Assembly (NCBI GenBank): GCA_963666485.2
Contig: CAXXUO010000001.1
Coordinates: 1,184,001-1,248,000, forward strand
Direction: 5' to 3'
DNA from: Syntrophorhabdaceae bacterium
Lineage (GTDB): Bacteria; Desulfobacterota; Syntrophorhabdia; Syntrophorhabdales; Syntrophorhabdaceae
DNA length: 64,000 nt
The notes below the pieces were generated by a model. That model saw only the letters and a program-made list of their open reading frames with translations, searched no databases and was not told the origin of the DNA. The translations under genes were made by a program, and so were the position numbers. Positions 46,435 to 55,338 of the stretch are shown here, piece after piece (the stretch's first letter is position 1; every line of letters begins with the position of its first letter).

Positions 46435-46755
46435 CTGGTCAGGATAAGCGTTGACAACTACAGACTCATAAATGAAGAGTCACGGTCTTCCGGTTAAGAT
46501 TGTTTCAGTGTAAGACGCTCCAATCGCAGAGGGATATCAGCTGCCACTCATTCATTGTCAAACCTTCCGGAAAAATTTGGGGGACGTCCTTAAGAAAGTA
46601 AGAAACTCCTCAAACAACTAAACGGACCGCCCTGCCGTTATTATCCCTGGACCGGGTGATTTTAAGTTACTTACTTTCTTAAGGACGTCCCCCTTTGCCT
46701 TTACAGTATAACGAGCTTAACCGGGAGACTGGTTGTCAACGCAAATGTTGACTAG
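46435..46755. other. Nested inverted-repeat element (candidate structured RNA or non-autonomous mobile element)
   Basis: Stems 46435-42/46748-55, 46448-58/46732-42, 46484-98/46716-30, and inner perfect IR 46579-46602/46670-46693. Confidence 0.6.
46579..46693. mobile_element. MITE/REP-like 115-bp element with 24-bp perfect terminal inverted repeats
   Basis: GGGGGACGTCCTTAAGAAAGTAAG...CTTACTTTCTTAAGGACGTCCCCC; flanked by TTT on both sides. Confidence 0.55.
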
Positions 46756-46804
46756 GGCAGCTAAATACTTCCCGATATGTGGTATTTTTCTGAAAAAAAA
46801 TCTT

Positions 46805-46846
46805 TTAGCCGTTAGCCGTTAGCCGTTAGCCGTTAGCCGTTAGCCG
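46805..46846. repeat. Perfect tandem repeat (TTAGCCG)6
   Basis: Six exact copies directly after the TauE-family stop; reads CGGCTAA on the minus strand. Confidence 0.95.
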
Positions 46847-46847
46847 T

Positions 46848-47606
46848 TTACGACCTGACATATTTGATTCCCATCCACACTCCAACCAGTGAAAACAGTA
46901 TTCGCAGGTAGAGTTCGGGAATGTGGTGCGCGAGGGATGCGCCGAGGTATGAGCCGGCGGCCGCGCCTGTGGCAAGTCCGAGAAGGATGGCCTTGTTTAC
47001 ATTTCCGAGCCTGTAATGGGTGTACGCCCCGACCGCACTGCCGGGCAGCATGGCGAGAAGCGATGTTCCCTGGGCGAGGTGCTGGGGCATCCCGATGAAG
47101 ATGACCAGCGGCGGCACCATGACGCCTCCTCCCCCGACGCCCATCATGCCGGCCAAAAAGCCGGTGAACGTTCCCGTGACGATGAGTATCAGGTAGTGAA
47201 GAACGGGCCCTGCCTGAAAAGACAGCTTGAGGATGGTACCCTTCGATACGAGGAGCAGGGAGATCGCTATGAGAAAACACCCGAATGCCTTCTTCAGCTT
47301 TTTCTCGGGAAGCGAGTGAGCGTACAGGGCGCCGAAGCGGGCCGTGATAATGGCTGACCCGGCAAGGATGATTGCTGCTAAAAAGTCGGCAGAGCCGAGC
47401 CACAGGTAGGTTATCGAGCCTATCAGGCTCGTGAAGATAATGGCGACGAGGCTGGTCCCATGGGCCTGATGCTGCGTTAAGCGCATGACCCAGGTCATGA
47501 GCGGGATCATAATGATGCCGCCGCCGAGCCCCGCAAGGCCCCCGAAGAAGCCGCCGCTCAACCCGATAAAGAGCCCTTTTGACTGGTCCCTGACAAAGTG
47601 CGCCAT
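46848..47606 (-). CDS. TauE/SafE-family membrane transporter
   Basis: Duplicated GLAGLGGG..MIP / GMMGVGGG..MVP and A.GTSL motifs; about 8 TM helices. Confidence 0.92.
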   Translation of the reverse strand: MAHFVRDQSKGLFIGLSGGFFGGLAGLGGGIIMIPLMTWVMRLTQHQAHGTSLVAIIFTSLIGSITYLWLGSADFLAAIILAGSAIITARFGALYAHSLPEKKLKKAFGCFLIAISLLLVSKGTILKLSFQAGPVLHYLILIVTGTFTGFLAGMMGVGGGGVMVPPLVIFIGMPQHLAQGTSLLAMLPGSAVGAYTHYRLGNVNKAILLGLATGAAAGSYLGASLAHHIPELYLRILFSLVGVWMGIKYVRS

Positions 47607-47631
47607 AGCCTAAAGACTATAGCACGCACCG

Positions 47632-47694
47632 GCGAAAGGGGAAAGGCGAAAGGCGAAAGGCTAACGGCGAAAGGCGAAAGGCGAAAGGCTAACG
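47632..47694. repeat. Degenerate heptamer array (MGGCKAA)n
   Basis: AGGCGAA, AGGCTAA and CGGCGAA units upstream of the TauE-family gene. Confidence 0.85.
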
Positions 47695-47766
47695 GGATGG
47701 CATAATAAAGGACTAACGCCATCATCCCGTGGTTAGGTACCTTTAGAACTTTCCATCCTCCCCTGC

Positions 47767-47910
47767 CGTCATTCCGGTGCTTGACACCGGGGTGACGATA
47801 CTGGTAACGGGAGCAGATCGTTCACGATATGGTAGTCGTTTATCTTGCATATAACCGCTAAAGGCTAAACACATTTCTCTGTCCGTCATTCCCGCGCAGG
47901 CGGGAATCCA
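47767..47910. repeat. Two REP-like palindromes
   Basis: CGTCATTCCGGTGCTTGACACCGGGGTGACG (47767-97) and CGTCATTCCCGCGCAGGCGGGAATCCA (47884-910). Confidence 0.7.
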
Positions 47911-48044
47911 TGTCGAGTTGCCTTAGTCATTATAGGGGAAATGGCCGCGTGAAATCAGGGATATCCTTATTGTTGTATTCCTTGTGCAGGTCTAATGTAT
48001 ATATGGGTTGGAAGGTCAGCCTAATAGCGCAAGGAGGATTGAAG

Positions 48045-48260
48045 ATGCGTTCTGAAGGCACTGTTGCACGGGTCACGGAAATTGTCGCCGATTCCACGAA
48101 GAGCTTTGAAGATGCTGTCATGACCGGTTTCAAGAGGGCATCGAAAACATTGCGGGGCATCACGGGGGTGCGCGTAAAGGAGCAATACGCGCAGGTAGAG
48201 GAAGGGGAGATCCTCAAGTTCCGGGTAACCCTGGATATTATCTTCGTCCTCGAGGGATAA
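48045..48260 (+). CDS. Dodecin-family flavin-binding protein
   Basis: VTEIVADS.KSFEDAV..G.KRASKTLRGI...FRVTL.I.FVLE; AGGAGG RBS. Confidence 0.9.
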   Translation: MRSEGTVARVTEIVADSTKSFEDAVMTGFKRASKTLRGITGVRVKEQYAQVEEGEILKFRVTLDIIFVLEG

Positions 48261-48275
48261 ACAAAAAACAGGGTA

Positions 48276-49115
48276 TCACGCCCGTGCGGTCGCTATTATC
48301 TCCTCGCACGGAATTTTAATGATGTCCCCGGAGCGGAATTTCTCCGCTGCGGACATAACGGCACTCTCTATCCGCTTTGCGGCATCTTCGGGAATGTTCT
48401 TCAGGAGCATCTGCAGCCGCCCGCTTATCCCGACCACCGCCTCCCAGTATTCCCGGGCAGACACAACATCCATATCGATGGTGAACCTCGCGGTCTTGAT
48501 ATCGGAAAAACCGGTTACACCGAGAATGTGTTCAAGGCTCCCTTCCGCCCCGAGATCGAACCACATGGGCGCCCCCGGGACAATGGCCGCAGGCCATATC
48601 GTGCGGATTGCCCCGGCGACCATCCCGATGACGCACGCCCTGTCAGGTGTGCTCCACACGGACAGCGCAAGCCGCCCGCCGCCCTTCAGCACGCGATTCA
48701 TTTCTCGAAGCGCCTTTTCCCGGTCCGTCGTGTGGACGAGCCCATGGTTGCACAGGACGGCATCAAATGATCCGGCGGGGAAAGGAAGGCTCTCCGCATC
48801 TCCTTCCCTGAATGAAGCATTTTGAATACCGCGTGATCGCGCCTTTTCACGTGCCAGCTCCACCATGCCGGGGGCGAGGTCAAGGCCCGTTATCGTTCCG
48901 CCCGGCATGACAAGCGGCGCCGCCATAAGCGACGGGATTCCCGGCCCGCATGCCACATCGAGGACCTCTTCGCCCGCCGTCAAGCCTGCGGCTTTGAGCA
49001 GTGGCCCCGCATACGCCTCGAAGTTCCGGCTCCCGTATTTCTCATAACTTCCCGCCGTTGCACCGTATACTTCCCGCTCAATTTTCTTATAGTTCTCCGC
49101 ATCAAAACCTGACAT
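48276..49115 (-). CDS. Class I SAM-dependent methyltransferase (UbiE-like)
   Basis: VLDVACGPG; GDAESLPF..GSFD; RVLKGGG. Confidence 0.9.
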   Translation of the reverse strand: MSGFDAENYKKIEREVYGATAGSYEKYGSRNFEAYAGPLLKAAGLTAGEEVLDVACGPGIPSLMAAPLVMPGGTITGLDLAPGMVELAREKARSRGIQNASFREGDAESLPFPAGSFDAVLCNHGLVHTTDREKALREMNRVLKGGGRLALSVWSTPDRACVIGMVAGAIRTIWPAAIVPGAPMWFDLGAEGSLEHILGVTGFSDIKTARFTIDMDVVSAREYWEAVVGISGRLQMLLKNIPEDAAKRIESAVMSAAEKFRSGDIIKIPCEEIIATARA

Positions 49116-49134
49116 ATCACCCCCCGTGAAGCTT

Positions 49135-49190
49135 TTAAACCTTAAACCTTAAACCTTGAACCTTGAACCCGGAACCTTGAACCCGGAACC
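49135..49190. repeat. Heptamer array (TTAAACC/TTGAACC/CGGAACC) x8
   Basis: Eight units between the MoaD-family stop and the methyltransferase start. Confidence 0.9.
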
Positions 49191-49194
49191 GTCT

Positions 49195-49422
49195 TCAACC
49201 TCCCCCGATCGGCGGAAAAAGCGCGACGGTGTCTCCATCCGAGAGCACTGTTGCGTAATCCGCATGCCGCCCGTTGATAAGTATCAGAAGTACCTGCTCT
49301 TTGGCAAGGCCGTGCCTCAGCATGACATCATCGACCGTTGTCCCGTCTGGAAACTGCTCCTCCTTTATGTCGAACCGCCCGACCTGGAGGGTTGCAAAGA
49401 GCTTAACGGTGAGGTTGATCAT
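49195..49422 (-). CDS. MoaD/ThiS-family sulfur carrier
   Basis: VKLFATL...LING...DGDTVALFPPIGGG C-terminal diglycine. Confidence 0.92.
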   Translation of the reverse strand: MINLTVKLFATLQVGRFDIKEEQFPDGTTVDDVMLRHGLAKEQVLLILINGRHADYATVLSDGDTVALFPPIGGG

Positions 49423-49428
49423 GGCGCA

Positions 49429-49908
49429 TCATTCTTTTCCGCTTTTCATGTCGCGCGCAAGGGTGATTATGAGGTGGTTGCGATTTTCAAGGCGCTTATA
49501 TTCGATATTGCTTGAAAACCTTTTCATAGTTTTTGTGCTGAGCCTCGGGCCTGCCTGATCGGGATTCAAAGACCCGATGAACGGGTCGTCTTCGAGGAGC
49601 ATGTTGAATGGTTTACCCGAATCGACGATGGCAAGGACGAACTTGCCGAACTTGTCGATGTTGCACGAGACCCTGACCTCTCCCGGGGAGTTGTCAAAGG
49701 TAAACTGTATGATATTGCGAAGGGCCTCGTTCAATACTTTGTCGATCTCTTGTATCCTGCTGTCGGCAAACCCGCGCTGCCGGGCATAGCCGCTCGCGAA
49801 TTCCACGAATTCACCTATGGATCCCGTCTGCGCAGGAAGTGTCAGTTCCCCGAGCACCTCGTAGCGCCCCTGTGCCTTGTTTTCGCTCGTTCCGTTCTCT
49901 CCGTCCAT
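49429..49908 (-). CDS. RsbW-like anti-sigma/HATPase_c domain protein
   Basis: LNEALRNII; IVDSGKPFN; IEYKRLENRNHL. The usual GLG G2 box reads PRLS. Confidence 0.8.
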   Translation of the reverse strand: MDGENGTSENKAQGRYEVLGELTLPAQTGSIGEFVEFASGYARQRGFADSRIQEIDKVLNEALRNIIQFTFDNSPGEVRVSCNIDKFGKFVLAIVDSGKPFNMLLEDDPFIGSLNPDQAGPRLSTKTMKRFSSNIEYKRLENRNHLIITLARDMKSGKE

Positions 49909-49994
49909 GTTATCTTCCTCTATTCCCCGTCTTTCCCGTCACCCATCGCCTCTACCCCTTGCCTATTACCCATAACCCATATACCCATCATTTT

Positions 49995-51653
49995 TCAATT
50001 CGCAGCCCCGGTCATGGGATGTATGGTCTCCAAAGCCTCTTCAATGGCCTTCACCAGGCGTTCGATCCCTTCTTTCTTGAATGCCGATATGGATACGGCA
50101 TTGTAGCGCCGCTCGACGTTGGGGATATACGACCTGTCCACCTTGTCGATCTTGTTGAACACCACTAACCTCTTCTTATGCGCAAGGCCAAGCGAATTGA
50201 TCACACCATCCACGGATTCGATGCGGTCCTCGAAGTCGGCGGCGCTTATGTCCACGAGGTGAAGGAGCAGGTGGGCATCTTCGAGCTCCTCGAGAGTTGC
50301 CATGAACGCGCGTAAAAGGACCTCCGGCAGATGCGTTATGAACCCGACGGTGTCCGTCAGGATTATCCTCTTTCTTTCGGGATATTTCATGATACGGGTC
50401 GTCGGGTTGAGCGTTGAGAACGGTTTATCCTCGACCTCGACCCTGCTTTTTGTGAGGAGGTTGAGCAGGGTCGATTTGCCCGAATTTGTATAGCCGACGA
50501 TAGATACTATGGGAATAAGCGAGGCGCGCCGGCGTTCCCTTTTCTTGTCCCTGACCTTCCGGATCTCCGTAAGACGCCTCTCGAGGAACGATATCCTGTC
50601 ACGGACCCGCCGCCGGTCCACTTCGAGTTTCTGCTCACCGGGACCGCGGCCCCCGATGCCTCCCATGAGCCGTGAAAACGCGGTACTTTTCTCGGTGAGG
50701 CGCGGCATGATATAGCGCAGCTGCGCCAGTTCGACCTGGATCCTGGACTCCGTCGTGTTTGCCCTGCTCGCGAAGATATCGAGAATAAGCTGATTTCTGT
50801 CGATGACCTTCAACTCGGTGATGCCGGATATGTTCTTTATCTGGCCGGGTGTAAGTTCTTCGTCAAAAACGAGAAGATCTGCCCCAAGCTGCTGGCATTT
50901 TATAATGATCTCCTCGATCTTGCCCCTGCCGATGAGATAGCGCGGGTGAAGCTCCTTCGGCCGTTGGACGATCGTATCGACCACCGTTATGCCGGCTGAA
51001 TAGCACAGGTCCTTCATTTCAGCCGTGTAATCCTCGACATGCTTTTCTTTTCCCGGCAGGACGACGCTGATTATCATGCACCTGTCATGCTTCTCTTTCG
51101 TTACAAAGAGCTTGCCCCGTTCCCTGACGAACTCGTTTTCAAGCTCCGTGATGAATTCGGTGAAGTCGACATCAAACTCCGTTACCGGAACGGGCTCCAT
51201 AAAATCCCAGGTTTTGCCCCCTTTGTTCTCCGGAACAAGGTACCCGGCATGGATCGTCTCTCCTCGCTCCCCGCGCATCTCGGTTATGCAGGCGACGAGG
51301 TCGAGCTGGAGAAGGGCAAGGTCGGTCACATCCTCGCGGGAGAGGAGTTCGCCCCTCAGGTGCGTGTGAATGAAGCGCACACCCCGAAACCTTGCGCGGC
51401 CGGTGCGTTCGGTGCTCAGCGGCGGGACCTCGATGCGGTGGTTGTCCCCGACGATGACATACTCGATGATTCCCCGCCGGTTGATGATGAGGCCGACCTG
51501 GCGGGATGTCTCTTTCGAGATGTCCATGATCTGCCGCGCAAGGTCGGCGGTGATCACTGCCCTCGGCTCCAGCCGCTTCTTGTAAAGATTGATCAGGCGC
51601 CGTCTGATGAGAGATTTAAGTCCCTGGGTGTTTCCGTAGATCTCTATTGGCAT
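49995..51653 (-). CDS. hflX: GTPase HflX (N-terminally extended form)
   Basis: IDRNQLILDIF, GRGPGE, GYTNSGKST, DTVGF, NKID. Confidence 0.95.
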   Translation of the reverse strand: MPIEIYGNTQGLKSLIRRRLINLYKKRLEPRAVITADLARQIMDISKETSRQVGLIINRRGIIEYVIVGDNHRIEVPPLSTERTGRARFRGVRFIHTHLRGELLSREDVTDLALLQLDLVACITEMRGERGETIHAGYLVPENKGGKTWDFMEPVPVTEFDVDFTEFITELENEFVRERGKLFVTKEKHDRCMIISVVLPGKEKHVEDYTAEMKDLCYSAGITVVDTIVQRPKELHPRYLIGRGKIEEIIIKCQQLGADLLVFDEELTPGQIKNISGITELKVIDRNQLILDIFASRANTTESRIQVELAQLRYIMPRLTEKSTAFSRLMGGIGGRGPGEQKLEVDRRRVRDRISFLERRLTEIRKVRDKKRERRRASLIPIVSIVGYTNSGKSTLLNLLTKSRVEVEDKPFSTLNPTTRIMKYPERKRIILTDTVGFITHLPEVLLRAFMATLEELEDAHLLLHLVDISAADFEDRIESVDGVINSLGLAHKKRLVVFNKIDKVDRSYIPNVERRYNAVSISAFKKEGIERLVKAIEEALETIHPMTGAAN

Positions 51654-51666
51654 ACCCCGTGATCTA

Positions 51667-52167
51667 TTACGCCTTTACGATCAGTTCCCGGTCTATCTCC
51701 ATGCGGGCGCAATAATCAACACCTTCGAGAAGGATAGCGATCCTTTCCTTGCCATCGAGCTCTTTTTCGAAGATGCCGCTAAAACCCTTGAACGGGCCTT
51801 CCTGGATGATGATCTTTTCGCCTTTCTCGAACGTTTTTCGCTCGACGGTCGCCACACCCTCTGTAAGCCGTCCCTTAATGAAATCTATAAGCTCTTCTTT
51901 CAAAGGGATGATGCGCCCGTTGAAATTAACGATCGTCTTTATACCGCGCGTGTACTTGACGAGACGGAATTCTTCTACAGGGTGGAATTTCACGAAGATG
52001 TACCCCGGGAACATGGGTTCGATGATCTCGGTGAATTTTCCGTCCTTCCAGCGCCGGAAGCGGAGCTTCGGGGCGAGCACCTCGATGCCCCCCTGTGCGA
52101 GGTTCATTGCCGAACGCTCCTCGTTGCGGGCCTTCGTGTTGACGACATACCAGTGACGTGTTGGCAT
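51667..52167 (-). CDS. NusG paralogue (RfaH-like antiterminator)
   Basis: WYVVNTK; PMFPGYIFV (NGN); KOW motif GEKIII.EGPFKG..GIF. Confidence 0.88.
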   Translation of the reverse strand: MPTRHWYVVNTKARNEERSAMNLAQGGIEVLAPKLRFRRWKDGKFTEIIEPMFPGYIFVKFHPVEEFRLVKYTRGIKTIVNFNGRIIPLKEELIDFIKGRLTEGVATVERKTFEKGEKIIIQEGPFKGFSGIFEKELDGKERIAILLEGVDYCARMEIDRELIVKA

Positions 52168-52290
52168 ATTGTATTATGTGTTATAAATCCCGTTTTTTCA
52201 AGATAATCGCCGTTTGAGCCGCGCCCGGCGCTCTTGACAGGACATGGCCTGTCGTTTAACATTTACTACTTATGAACGCCGGACGCATGC

Positions 52291-53505
52291 ATGCCAGATG
52301 AAGACCTTGCAAAGCTGAAGATCGACAAATCCCGGGCTGCTTTCACGAGACCGGGCAGACGAAAAAAGGGTGTTTATATCGCCGCCGGGGCAGTGCTCCT
52401 CGTGCTTGTAATCCTTGCTTTCACGGGGATATTTTCCCCGGCCGTGCGTGTCGATGCCGTAAGTGTGCAGCAATTCTATCCCGCACAATCCTTTACACTT
52501 CTCAACGCAAGCGGTTACGTGGTCCCCCAGAGAAAGGCGGCGGTGGCTTCGAAGATAACGGCGCGGCTCCAGGAATTATATGTCGAAGAAGGCAACAGGG
52601 TCAAAAAAGACCAGGTGCTTGCCCGGCTTGAAAACGCCGATCTCTCGGCCAGCCTGAGGCAGGCGCAGGAGAACCTCGGCGTTGCACGGTCCTCTGTCGA
52701 CCAGGCCGCTGCGGAACTCAATGACGCCCGGGTCAATTTCGAGCGGGAGAAGCGCCTGCTTGTAAAAGAATTTACGACGCGGTCCGTCTACGATGCCGCA
52801 GAGGCGCGGTATAAAAAAGCGCTTGCCGCTGTCTCGGGGGCGCAGTCCCAGGTGCGGGCGCGCGAGGCGGCCGTCAGGGAGGCGAAGGTGTCCCTGGAAT
52901 ACACATATATCAGGGCGCCGTTTGACGGCGTCGTCCTGACGAAAAATGCCGATATCGGGGACATCGTGACGCCGATCGGCGCCGCGACCACGGCAAAGGC
53001 GGCGGTTGTCACACTTGCCGACATGTCAACCCTCAAGGTCGAGGCCGATGTTTCCGAATCAAACCTCGGCAAGCTGAAAGTCGGCCAGCCGTGTCAGATA
53101 CAGCTCGATGCCATACCGGACACGCGTTTTGACGGCACGGTCCATATGATCGTCCCGACTGCCGACAGAACGAAGGCAACGGTCATGGTCAAGGTGAATT
53201 TCAACCACCTCGACAGCAGGATATTGCCGGAGATGAGCGCCAAGGTGGCGTTCCTTTCCCGCGAGGTATCGGAGGGCGAGCGCAAGGCGCGCCTTGCCGT
53301 CAACCGAAAGGCCGTGGTCGAGAAGAACGGCAGACGGTACGTGTTTGTCGTCCGGCAGGGGCGCGCCCACCTGACGGAGATCACGACCAAGGATACGTTC
53401 GGCGACATGATAGAGATAAAAAGCGGCGCATCATCCGGCGACAAGGTCGTCTTGAATCCCCCGTCACGTTTATCGAACGGCGCCCGGGTAAAAATAAACG
53501 AATGA
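52291..53505 (+). CDS. Efflux periplasmic adaptor (membrane fusion protein)
   Basis: TM anchor; ASGYV, LYVEEG..V, IRAPFDG, VEADVSE. Confidence 0.92.
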   Translation: MPDEDLAKLKIDKSRAAFTRPGRRKKGVYIAAGAVLLVLVILAFTGIFSPAVRVDAVSVQQFYPAQSFTLLNASGYVVPQRKAAVASKITARLQELYVEEGNRVKKDQVLARLENADLSASLRQAQENLGVARSSVDQAAAELNDARVNFEREKRLLVKEFTTRSVYDAAEARYKKALAAVSGAQSQVRAREAAVREAKVSLEYTYIRAPFDGVVLTKNADIGDIVTPIGAATTAKAAVVTLADMSTLKVEADVSESNLGKLKVGQPCQIQLDAIPDTRFDGTVHMIVPTADRTKATVMVKVNFNHLDSRILPEMSAKVAFLSREVSEGERKARLAVNRKAVVEKNGRRYVFVVRQGRAHLTEITTKDTFGDMIEIKSGASSGDKVVLNPPSRLSNGARVKINE

Positions 53506-54206
53506 TGGAACCCGACGCGATGGTATCCATCTCGAAGCTGTATAAGTCCTACCACAGGGGGGACCAGGTCATCCCTGTTCTCTCCGATATCTCGTTCGAC
53601 ATTGCCGAAGGCGAATTCCTTGCCCTCATGGGACCCTCGGGGTCGGGGAAGAGCACGCTTCTCAATCTTATTGCGGGGATCGACCATCCGGACAGCGGAT
53701 CGATCATCATAGGCGGTGTCGACGTCACGCAGCTTACCGAGACGGAGCTTGCGCACTGGCGGGCACTGAACGTTGGTTTCATCTTCCAGTTCTACAATCT
53801 TATCCCCGTGTTGACGGCCTTCGAGAACGTAGAACTTCCGCTTATCCTGACATCACTTTCCCGTGCCGAGCGCAGGGAGCACGTCGCGATGGCGCTCAAG
53901 GTCGTAGGGCTCGAGGACCGGATGGACCATTATCCCGGGCAATTGTCCGGCGGGCAGGAACAAAGGGTCGCCATAGCACGCGCGATCGTGACCGACCCGG
54001 CCATACTGGTTGCGGACGAGCCGACGGGGGACCTCGACAGGGTGTCCGCCGAGGAAATAATGGGCCTCATGGACCGGCTGAACACCGAATCGAAAAAAAC
54101 GATCATCATGGTCACCCATGACCCGCGGGCCGCGAAAAAGGCCCACGTAGTGAGACACCTTGATAAAGGGGTCCTGACGAATGCACATTCTCAAGATACT
54201 CTTTAA
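53502..54206 (+). CDS. ABC transporter ATP-binding protein (LolD/MacB-type)
   Basis: GPSGSGKST, LSGGQEQR, ADEPTGDLD, VTHD. Confidence 0.95.
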   Translation: MMEPDAMVSISKLYKSYHRGDQVIPVLSDISFDIAEGEFLALMGPSGSGKSTLLNLIAGIDHPDSGSIIIGGVDVTQLTETELAHWRALNVGFIFQFYNLIPVLTAFENVELPLILTSLSRAERREHVAMALKVVGLEDRMDHYPGQLSGGQEQRVAIARAIVTDPAILVADEPTGDLDRVSAEEIMGLMDRLNTESKKTIIMVTHDPRAAKKAHVVRHLDKGVLTNAHSQDTL

Positions 54207-55338
54207 GAACGCCTTCCGGCATAAGCTCCGCACCGGCCTCACCATCATTTCCATCATGATAGCGCTTCTTGCCTTCGGGCTCTTAAGGACCGTGATCGAT
54301 GCGTGGTATGCCGGCGTCGAGGCATCGTCGGCATACCGCCTGATAACCCGCAATGCGGTCTCCATAATATTCCCGCTTCCCCTGTCATACAAGGACAGGA
54401 TACGCCAGGTCGACGGCGTGTCGGAGGTTTCCTGGGGCAACTGGTTCGGCGGGATCTATATCGACGAAAAGAATTTTTTCGCGAATTTTGCCGTGGACGC
54501 CCGGACATATTTCGACCTGTATCGCGAGTACGTCATCCCCGATGATCAAAGGACGGCATTTATGCGCGACCGCAGGGGTTTTGTGGCAGGGCGAAAGCTC
54601 GCCCGGCGGTTCGGCTGGAAGATCGGCGATACGATCGTCCTGAAAGGGACGATCTTCCCCGGGAACTGGGAGCTCGTCATGCGGGGCATCTACCGCGGGC
54701 GGGACCCCAACGCCGACGAGACCGTGTTTGTCCTGCACTGGGATTACCTGAACGAATCTTTGAAGAAAGCGGGGTCGACACGCGTCGACCAGGTCGGTTT
54801 CTACATGGTCGGGATCAAAGACCCCGCCCGGGCCACGGCGATAGCCAACTCCATAGACTTTCTTTTTAAGAACTCGTATGCCGAGACCATCACCGAAACG
54901 GAAAAAGCCTTTACCCTCGGGTTCGTGGCCATGTCGGACGCCATTATCACGGCGATCGAACTTGTATCGTTCGTTGTTATCGTCATTATTCTTGCCGTTG
55001 TAGCTAACACCGTTGCAATGTCGGTCCGGGAAAGAACAAATGAATATGCCGTCTTCAAGACACTGGGTTTCGGGGGATGGCGGATCGCGGGGCTCATTCT
55101 CGGCGAGTCCGTCGTGATCACCATGCTGGGCTGCGCCTTCGGGGTGGCGGCGACGTATCCCGCGGCGCAGATCTTCGGTAAGGCGATGGGGGCGTATTTC
55201 CCCGTGTTCCATGTAAGCCCCGGAACGCTCGCGCTCGATGCGGTATTTTCACTGGCTGTCGGCATCCTGGCGGCACTGGTGCCGATATACCGCACGCTCA
55301 GGATGCGGATCGCCGAAGGCCTGAGGATGCTGGAATGA
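54181..55338 (+). CDS. ABC transporter permease (MacB/FtsX family)
   Basis: RHKLRT.LT; SVRERT.E.AVFKTLGF. Confidence 0.92.
   Translation: MHILKILFKNAFRHKLRTGLTIISIMIALLAFGLLRTVIDAWYAGVEASSAYRLITRNAVSIIFPLPLSYKDRIRQVDGVSEVSWGNWFGGIYIDEKNFFANFAVDARTYFDLYREYVIPDDQRTAFMRDRRGFVAGRKLARRFGWKIGDTIVLKGTIFPGNWELVMRGIYRGRDPNADETVFVLHWDYLNESLKKAGSTRVDQVGFYMVGIKDPARATAIANSIDFLFKNSYAETITETEKAFTLGFVAMSDAIITAIELVSFVVIVIILAVVANTVAMSVRERTNEYAVFKTLGFGGWRIAGLILGESVVITMLGCAFGVAATYPAAQIFGKAMGAYFPVFHVSPGTLALDAVFSLAVGILAALVPIYRTLRMRIAEGLRMLE

Noticed and set aside
46705..46739. Minus-strand TTGACA...TATACT sigma-70 promoter
   Set aside because: The spacer is 23 nt, too long for sigma-70.
46435..46755. Assignment as a known riboswitch, 6S RNA, tmRNA, RNase P or SRP RNA
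   Set aside because: It lies between two gene 3' ends and I could not identify the conserved motifs of those families by eye; left unassigned pending an Rfam search.
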